Source of the DNA: Acidobacteriota bacterium
Lineage (GTDB): Bacteria; Acidobacteriota; Thermoanaerobaculia; Multivoradales; UBA5704
Assembly (NCBI GenBank): GCA_040005235.1
Contig: JBDTZG010000006.1
Location: 89,496-153,495, forward strand
Length of the DNA: 64,000 nt
Direction: 5' to 3'
The translations under genes were made by a program, and so were the position numbers. Under the pieces are notes generated by a model. The model worked only from the letters and a program-made list of their open reading frames with translations, did no database searches and was not told the origin of the DNA. Positions 59,058-64,000 of the stretch are shown piece after piece (position 1 is the first letter of the stretch; the number at the start of each line of letters is the position of its first letter).

Positions 59058-59942
59058 ATGCCCTGGCAACAGGCGACCCTCTGGCAAATCGAGGCCCTGC
59101 CTCCACCGCCCCCACTGCGCGCTTGCGTGCTTGGTTCGGGGAGCGCGGGCAATGCGGTGATCGTCGAATCTGCCGGCCGGCGGATTCTGATCGACGCCGG
59201 ATTCTCCTGCCGCGAGCTGGAAAAGCGGATGCGCGCGGTGGGGGTCGAGCCGGCCTCGATCGAAGCGCTCCTGATCACCCACGAGCACATCGACCACAAC
59301 CGGGGGGCGGCCCGGCTCGCCAAGCGCCACAAGATCCCCGTCTATGCGACCGCCGGGACCTTCTCCGGGACCGAGCTGGGTCCGGAGCAAACCCGGGCGG
59401 CCACCGTGATCCGCTCCGGCGAGCACCGCCATATCGCGGGTTTCTCCGTCGAGCCGTTCGCGATCCCGCACGATGCGCGCGAACCGATCGGTTTCGTGAT
59501 CGAGGACGGGGCCGGCCGGCGCCTGGGGCTGTGCGGCGACATCGGCAATCGCAGCCGGCTCGCCTGGGGGCGGCTTGCGGACCTGGATCTTTTGATCCTC
59601 GAAACCAACCACGACCTCGACATGCTCCGCAACGGTCCGTACCCCTGGTCGCTCAAACAGCGCGTCGCGGGGCGTCACGGGCACCTATCTAATCGGGAGG
59701 CGGCCGAGGGGATGCCCGAGCTGCTTTCGCACCGCCTGCGTTGGATGGTGCTCTATCACTTGTCGCGAACCAACAACCTTCCGGCCCTGGCGGCCGCGGA
59801 GATCGGCGAGGTCCTCGAACGCGAGGGCGCCTCGCCTGAACTCTGCGTCTCGGACCAGGACCGGCCGACCCCATGGCTCGAGATCGTCGCGGCTTCCGCC
59901 GCGATCCCGGGCACGATGGCGGCATTTTCGGAGGCCGGATGA
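59058..59942 (+). CDS. MBL-fold metallo-hydrolase (YycJ/PhnP-like)
   Basis: VLGSGSAGNAVIVE...LIDAG...LITHEHIDH motifs. The ATG at 59058 was chosen within listed ORF 59004..59942. Confidence 0.8.
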   Translation: MPWQQATLWQIEALPPPPPLRACVLGSGSAGNAVIVESAGRRILIDAGFSCRELEKRMRAVGVEPASIEALLITHEHIDHNRGAARLAKRHKIPVYATAGTFSGTELGPEQTRAATVIRSGEHRHIAGFSVEPFAIPHDAREPIGFVIEDGAGRRLGLCGDIGNRSRLAWGRLADLDLLILETNHDLDMLRNGPYPWSLKQRVAGRHGHLSNREAAEGMPELLSHRLRWMVLYHLSRTNNLPALAAAEIGEVLEREGASPELCVSDQDRPTPWLEIVAASAAIPGTMAAFSEAG

Positions 59943-60196
59943 TCCAAGCGCGCGTCACCGTCTATCCGCGGCGCGAGATCCTCGATCCGCAAGGCAAGGC
60001 GATCGGGGATGCCCTCTCCCGCCTCGGGTTCCAGGGCGTCGTCTCGGTTCGGGCGGGCAAGAGCTTCGAGATCGAGCTGGACAGCGCCGAAGTGAGCGGC
60101 GCCCGCCGTCAACTGGAGGACATGTGCGAGCGGTTGCTCGCCAACACGGTCGTGGAGGATTACGAGATCGAAATCCTCGGCGAGGATGGACGATGA
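59939..60196 (+). CDS. purS: Phosphoribosylformylglycinamidine synthase subunit PurS
   Basis: MIQARVTVYPRREILDPQGKAI..., 85 aa. ATGA overlap with the upstream stop. Confidence 0.9.
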   Translation: MIQARVTVYPRREILDPQGKAIGDALSRLGFQGVVSVRAGKSFEIELDSAEVSGARRQLEDMCERLLANTVVEDYEIEILGEDGR

Positions 60197-60912
60197 AGGT
60201 CGGCGTCGTCGTCTTTCCCGGATCGAACTGCGATCACGACGTCTACCACGCGTTTTCCCACGTGCTCGACTGCGAAGCGATGTTCCTCTGGCACGGTGAC
60301 GAGACGATCCACGGCTGCGATCTGGTCGTTCTGCCCGGCGGATTCGCCTACGGCGACTACCTGCGCGCCGGGGCTCTCGCCGCGCTCTCGCCGGTGATGT
60401 CCGCGGTTCGTCGCCACGCCCGCGAGGGAGGGCTCGTGCTCGGCATCTGCAACGGCTTCCAGGTGCTGCTCGAAGCGGGGCTGCTGCCCGGCGCCATGCG
60501 GCGGAACCAGGGGCTTCGGTTCCTCTGTCAGGACGTCTATCTGCGGGTCGAGCGGAACGATCTGCCGTTCACTTCGCGGCTCAGAGTGGGCCAGGTGCTG
60601 CGCCTGCCGATCGCCCACGCCGAGGGCAATTACGAGGACTCCCCGGAGCGGCTCGACGCGCTCGAAGACCGGCGCCAAGTGGTTTTCCGCTACTGCGGGC
60701 CCGACGGTTCCATTTGCGCGTTCGACGCCGAGCTGAACCCGAACGGCGCGGCGCGGGCGATCGCGGGCATCGCGAACGAGCAGGGCAACGTGTTCGGCCT
60801 GATGCCGCATCCGGAGCGCTCGGTGGAATCGCTGCTCGGCAACTCGGACGGCCTGGCGATGCTCGCCGGAACGGTCGCTTCGCTCACCCCCCTCGGGGAG
60901 GCTCGCGCGTGA
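60193..60912 (+). CDS. purQ: Phosphoribosylformylglycinamidine synthase glutaminase subunit PurQ
   Basis: [14 protein letters not shown], catalytic GICNGFQ and MPHPER. ATGA overlap with the purS stop. Confidence 0.92.
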   Translation: MKVGVVVFPGSNCDHDVYHAFSHVLDCEAMFLWHGDETIHGCDLVVLPGGFAYGDYLRAGALAALSPVMSAVRRHAREGGLVLGICNGFQVLLEAGLLPGAMRRNQGLRFLCQDVYLRVERNDLPFTSRLRVGQVLRLPIAHAEGNYEDSPERLDALEDRRQVVFRYCGPDGSICAFDAELNPNGAARAIAGIANEQGNVFGLMPHPERSVESLLGNSDGLAMLAGTVASLTPLGEARA

Positions 60913-63170
60913 GCGGGCCGAGCGTCACTCCGTCGTCCACGGCATCGCCGCCCCCCCGACTGCCGAACGAGCCGGCGGTGACTCCGGCCCTCGCCGCGGA
61001 GCGCGGCCTCTCGGGCGAAGAGTATGGGCAGCTGCGCGCCATCCTGGGTCGAGATCCGTCGTGGACCGAGCTGGGGGTCGCATCGGCGCTCTGGTCGGAG
61101 CACTGCTCCTACAAGTCGTCGAAGGTCTACCTGCGCGAGTTTCCGACCTCCGGGCCGCGGGTTCTCCAGGGGCCGGGAGAAAACGCCGGAGTGGTGGACG
61201 TCGGCCACGGCTGGGTCGCCGTGTTCAAGATGGAGTCGCACAACCACCCGAGTTATATCGAGCCCTATCAGGGGGCGGCGACCGGCGTCGGCGGCATCCT
61301 GCGCGACATCTTCACCATGGGAGCCCGGCCGATCGCCTGCCTGAACGCCTTGCGCTTCGGCGAGATCGACGCCCCGCGCATGCGCTATCTGATCGACGGC
61401 GTGGTGCGCGGCGTGGGCGATTACGGCAACTGTTTCGGCGTGCCCACGGTGGGGGGCGAGACCGCGTTCCATCGCTGCTATAACGGGAACATCCTGGTCA
61501 ATGCGTTCGCCCTGGGCGTCGCCCGGCATGACGAGATCTTCAAGGCGCGCGCCTCGGGGGCCGGCAATCCCATCCTCTACGCGGGAAGCCGCACCGGCCG
61601 GGATGGCATCCATGGCGCGACCATGGCGTCGGAATCGTTCGATATCGAGTCGGAGGCGAAAAGGCCGACCGTTCAAGTGGGCGATCCGTTCACCGAGAAG
61701 ATCCTGCTCGAAGCCTGCCTCGAAGCGATGAAGACCGGTGCGATCGTGGCGATCCAGGACATGGGCGCCGCGGGGCTCACCAGCTCGACGTTCGAGATGG
61801 CCGGCCGGGGAGGCACGGGGATGCGGCTCGACCTGGAGAAGGTGCCGCTGCGCGAGCCGGGGCTTTCCCCCTACGAGATGATGCTCTCGGAGTCCCAGGA
61901 GCGGATGGTCGTGCTCGCCAAGCGCGGACGCGAAGAAGAGGTCGAGCGGGTCTTCCGGCGCTGGGGATTGGAGATCGCCGAGATCGGCGAGATCACCGAC
62001 GGCGGCCGGGCGCTGCTCTGTTTTCATGGCGAGACCTACGCCGACATTCCAATCGAGCCGCTCACCGAGCAGGCTCCCGTCTATCGCCGGCCGACCGCGC
62101 CGCCGCCCGATCTCGCCGCGCGGTGGGAGGCGCCTACCCTGCCTGAGATCGGCCATCCGGTCGAGACGCTCGAACGGCTGCTCGACACGCCGGATTTCGG
62201 CAGCAAGCGCTGGATCTGGCGCCAGTATGACCATACCGTCCGCACCAACACCGTTCGCGGTCCGGGCGGGGACGCCGCGGTGGTCCGGTTGAAGGGCACC
62301 CCCTCGGCACTCGCGCTCACGGCGGACGTCAATCCGATCTATTGCCAGCTCGATCCCGAGCGGGGCGGAATGCAGGCGGTGGCCGAAGCGGTGCGGAACC
62401 TCGCCTGCGTGGGCGCCGAGCCCGTGGGCTTGACCGACTGCCTGAACTTCGGCAATCCGCAGAACCCGCACGTCGCCTGGCAGCTTCAGCAGTCGGTGCT
62501 CGGCCTCTCCGCGGCCTGCCGGGCGCTCGACGTGCCGGTCATCTCGGGTAACGTCTCGCTCTACAACGAGACCCAAACCGAGTCGGGGCCGCAATCGATC
62601 TACCCGACCCCGGCGGTTGCGATGGTCGGCCTGATCCCCCTGCTGGGGCACCTGCCGGAATCGCACTTCGAGCAGGCGGGTGACCGGATTCTCCTGCTCG
62701 GCCGCGACCGGGCGGAATTCGGCGGCTCGGCCTGGCTGCGCCTGCTCCATGACCTCGAACAGGGCCGGCCCCCGGAGGTGGACCTTGACGCGGAGAGTAA
62801 ACTGGCTCTGCTGTTGCGCGAGCTGATCGGCGCGGGGCTCCTGTCGACCGCCCACGATCTTTCGGAAGGGGGATTGGCGATCGCCGCCGCCGAAGCCTGC
62901 TTCGGCCGACGCTTAGGCGCCCGGCTGGAAGTTTCCACCCCGCTCGAATTGTTCTCAGAAACACAAGCGCGGGCGCTGGTCGCCTGCCCGCCGGCCCACT
63001 CGATCGAGATCCTCCGCGCGGCGGAACGGCACGGCGTTCCGGCGAGAGAGATCGGCGAGGTCGGCGGTGACGATCTGGCGTTCGAAGTCGGCGGGGAAAC
63101 CTTCCGGGCGCCCGTCGCCCGGCTCGAAGCGATCTGGGAACGGGCGCTGCCGAAGGCGCTAGGCCTCTAA
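60909..63170 (+). CDS. purL: Phosphoribosylformylglycinamidine synthase subunit PurL
   Basis: GTG at 60909 (GTGA overlap with the purQ stop). Motifs [11 protein letters not shown] and [26 protein letters not shown]. Confidence 0.93.
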   Translation: MSGPSVTPSSTASPPPRLPNEPAVTPALAAERGLSGEEYGQLRAILGRDPSWTELGVASALWSEHCSYKSSKVYLREFPTSGPRVLQGPGENAGVVDVGHGWVAVFKMESHNHPSYIEPYQGAATGVGGILRDIFTMGARPIACLNALRFGEIDAPRMRYLIDGVVRGVGDYGNCFGVPTVGGETAFHRCYNGNILVNAFALGVARHDEIFKARASGAGNPILYAGSRTGRDGIHGATMASESFDIESEAKRPTVQVGDPFTEKILLEACLEAMKTGAIVAIQDMGAAGLTSSTFEMAGRGGTGMRLDLEKVPLREPGLSPYEMMLSESQERMVVLAKRGREEEVERVFRRWGLEIAEIGEITDGGRALLCFHGETYADIPIEPLTEQAPVYRRPTAPPPDLAARWEAPTLPEIGHPVETLERLLDTPDFGSKRWIWRQYDHTVRTNTVRGPGGDAAVVRLKGTPSALALTADVNPIYCQLDPERGGMQAVAEAVRNLACVGAEPVGLTDCLNFGNPQNPHVAWQLQQSVLGLSAACRALDVPVISGNVSLYNETQTESGPQSIYPTPAVAMVGLIPLLGHLPESHFEQAGDRILLLGRDRAEFGGSAWLRLLHDLEQGRPPEVDLDAESKLALLLRELIGAGLLSTAHDLSEGGLAIAAAEACFGRRLGARLEVSTPLELFSETQARALVACPPAHSIEILRAAERHGVPAREIGEVGGDDLAFEVGGETFRAPVARLEAIWERALPKALGL

Positions 63171-63203
63171 AGCGAGACGGTTCCAAGGAGAAGACACAAG
63201 CGA

Positions 63204-64000
63204 ATGTGCGGAATCTTCGGCATCGAGGGGACGGACGAGGCTTCGTACCTCACCTATCTCGGCCTGTACGCCCTTCAACACCGCGGCCAGGAGAGCGCGG
63301 GGATGGCGACCTGGGACGGCACGCAGCTGCGCTACGAGCGGGGGATGGGGCACGTCTCCGAGCTGTTCAAGGAGCACGTCCTCAAACGCCTGCCCGGCAG
63401 CTCGGCGCTCGGCCATACCCGCTATTCGACCTCGGGCACCAGCGTCATCGGCAACGCCCAGCCGATCGTGGTCAAGACCTCGATGGGGCCGCTCGGCCTG
63501 GTCCACAACGGCAATCTGACCAACGCGATGGCGATCCGCAAGAGGCTTGAAAGCGAAGGCTCGATCTTCCAGACCACCAGCGACACCGAGGTGATCCTCC
63601 ACCTGATGGCGAGGAACCCGCGGCGCTCGATCGTCGAGAGTTTCCTGCTCGCGCTCGAAGAGATCCGCGGCGCCTACTCGCTTCTCTTGATCACCGACCA
63701 GGGATTGATCGCGGCGCGCGATCCGAACGGTTTCCGGCCGTTGGCCGTCGGTGAGCTGCCCGGCGGCGTTCACTGCTTCTCCTCCGAGAGCTGCGCCTTC
63801 GACCTGCTCGAAGCGCGGCCGATCCGCGAGCTGGAGCCGGGCGAGGTGATGATCGCCCACGACGGCCGGATCGAGAGCTATCACCAATCGATCGCGCCGG
63901 AGCCCACCCGCTGCCTGTTCGAGCACGTCTATTTTGCCCGGCCGGACAGCCGCATCTTCGGCGATTCGGTCTCGCTCGCCCGCCTCGCGATGGGCGCCCG
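63204..64000 (+). CDS. purF: Amidophosphoribosyltransferase PurF, 3'-truncated by the window edge
   Basis: AAGGAG SD, then the ATG at 63204. Hand translation gives MCGIFGIEGTDEASYLTYLGLYALQHRGQESAGMATWDG...GHTRYSTSG. The frame stays open to the window end and is not in the ORF track because there is no stop. Confidence 0.92.
   Translation, partial: MCGIFGIEGTDEASYLTYLGLYALQHRGQESAGMATWDGTQLRYERGMGHVSELFKEHVLKRLPGSSALGHTRYSTSGTSVIGNAQPIVVKTSMGPLGLVHNGNLTNAMAIRKRLESEGSIFQTTSDTEVILHLMARNPRRSIVESFLLALEEIRGAYSLLLITDQGLIAARDPNGFRPLAVGELPGGVHCFSSESCAFDLLEARPIRELEPGEVMIAHDGRIESYHQSIAPEPTRCLFEHVYFARPDSRIFGDSVSLARLAMGA

Overview
High-GC bacterial chromosomal segment. The lineage cannot be determined from sequence alone; the gene content resembles GC-rich soil phyla such as Acidobacteriota, which is inference only. 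Genes are densely packed, and many adjacent genes have overlapping stop/start codons (ATGA, GTGA, TGATG). About 55 protein genes are supportable. I found no rRNA, tRNA, CRISPR array, transposase, integrase or phage gene. Housekeeping blocks: purD-pta; a PSP1/Sm-like/pdxA/yqeY/selB operon; recO; ppk1; gcvT-gcvH-gcvP; potABCD; purS-purQ-purL-purF (3' partial); sixA-CHAD. Items worth a second look: (1) an unlisted SelW/Rdx-type selenoprotein gene with an in-frame UGA (55398-55631, minus strand), in the same window as selB; (2) a full-length LanB-type lanthipeptide dehydratase with no LanC or precursor, wedged between potD and a SUI1/YciH gene; (3) a small Sec-signal peptide with a Ser/Thr/Cys-rich tail, 4 kb from the LanB gene; (4) a C39-peptidase ABC exporter coupled to an HlyD protein with a long GAF-containing N-terminal extension and no visible substrate gene; (5) a low-GC RelE/ParE-type cassette bracketed by two copies of a terminator-like repeat; (6) a 21-bp x 11 tandem repeat encoding a perfect heptad (coiled-coil) peptide downstream of a hybrid histidine kinase; (7) a 3-unit 63-84 bp tandem repeat full of TTGCAC-NN-GTGCAA palindromes next to decayed gene remnants. 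Many long ORFs in the supplied track are antisense or out-of-frame artefacts of the high GC content and were not called.
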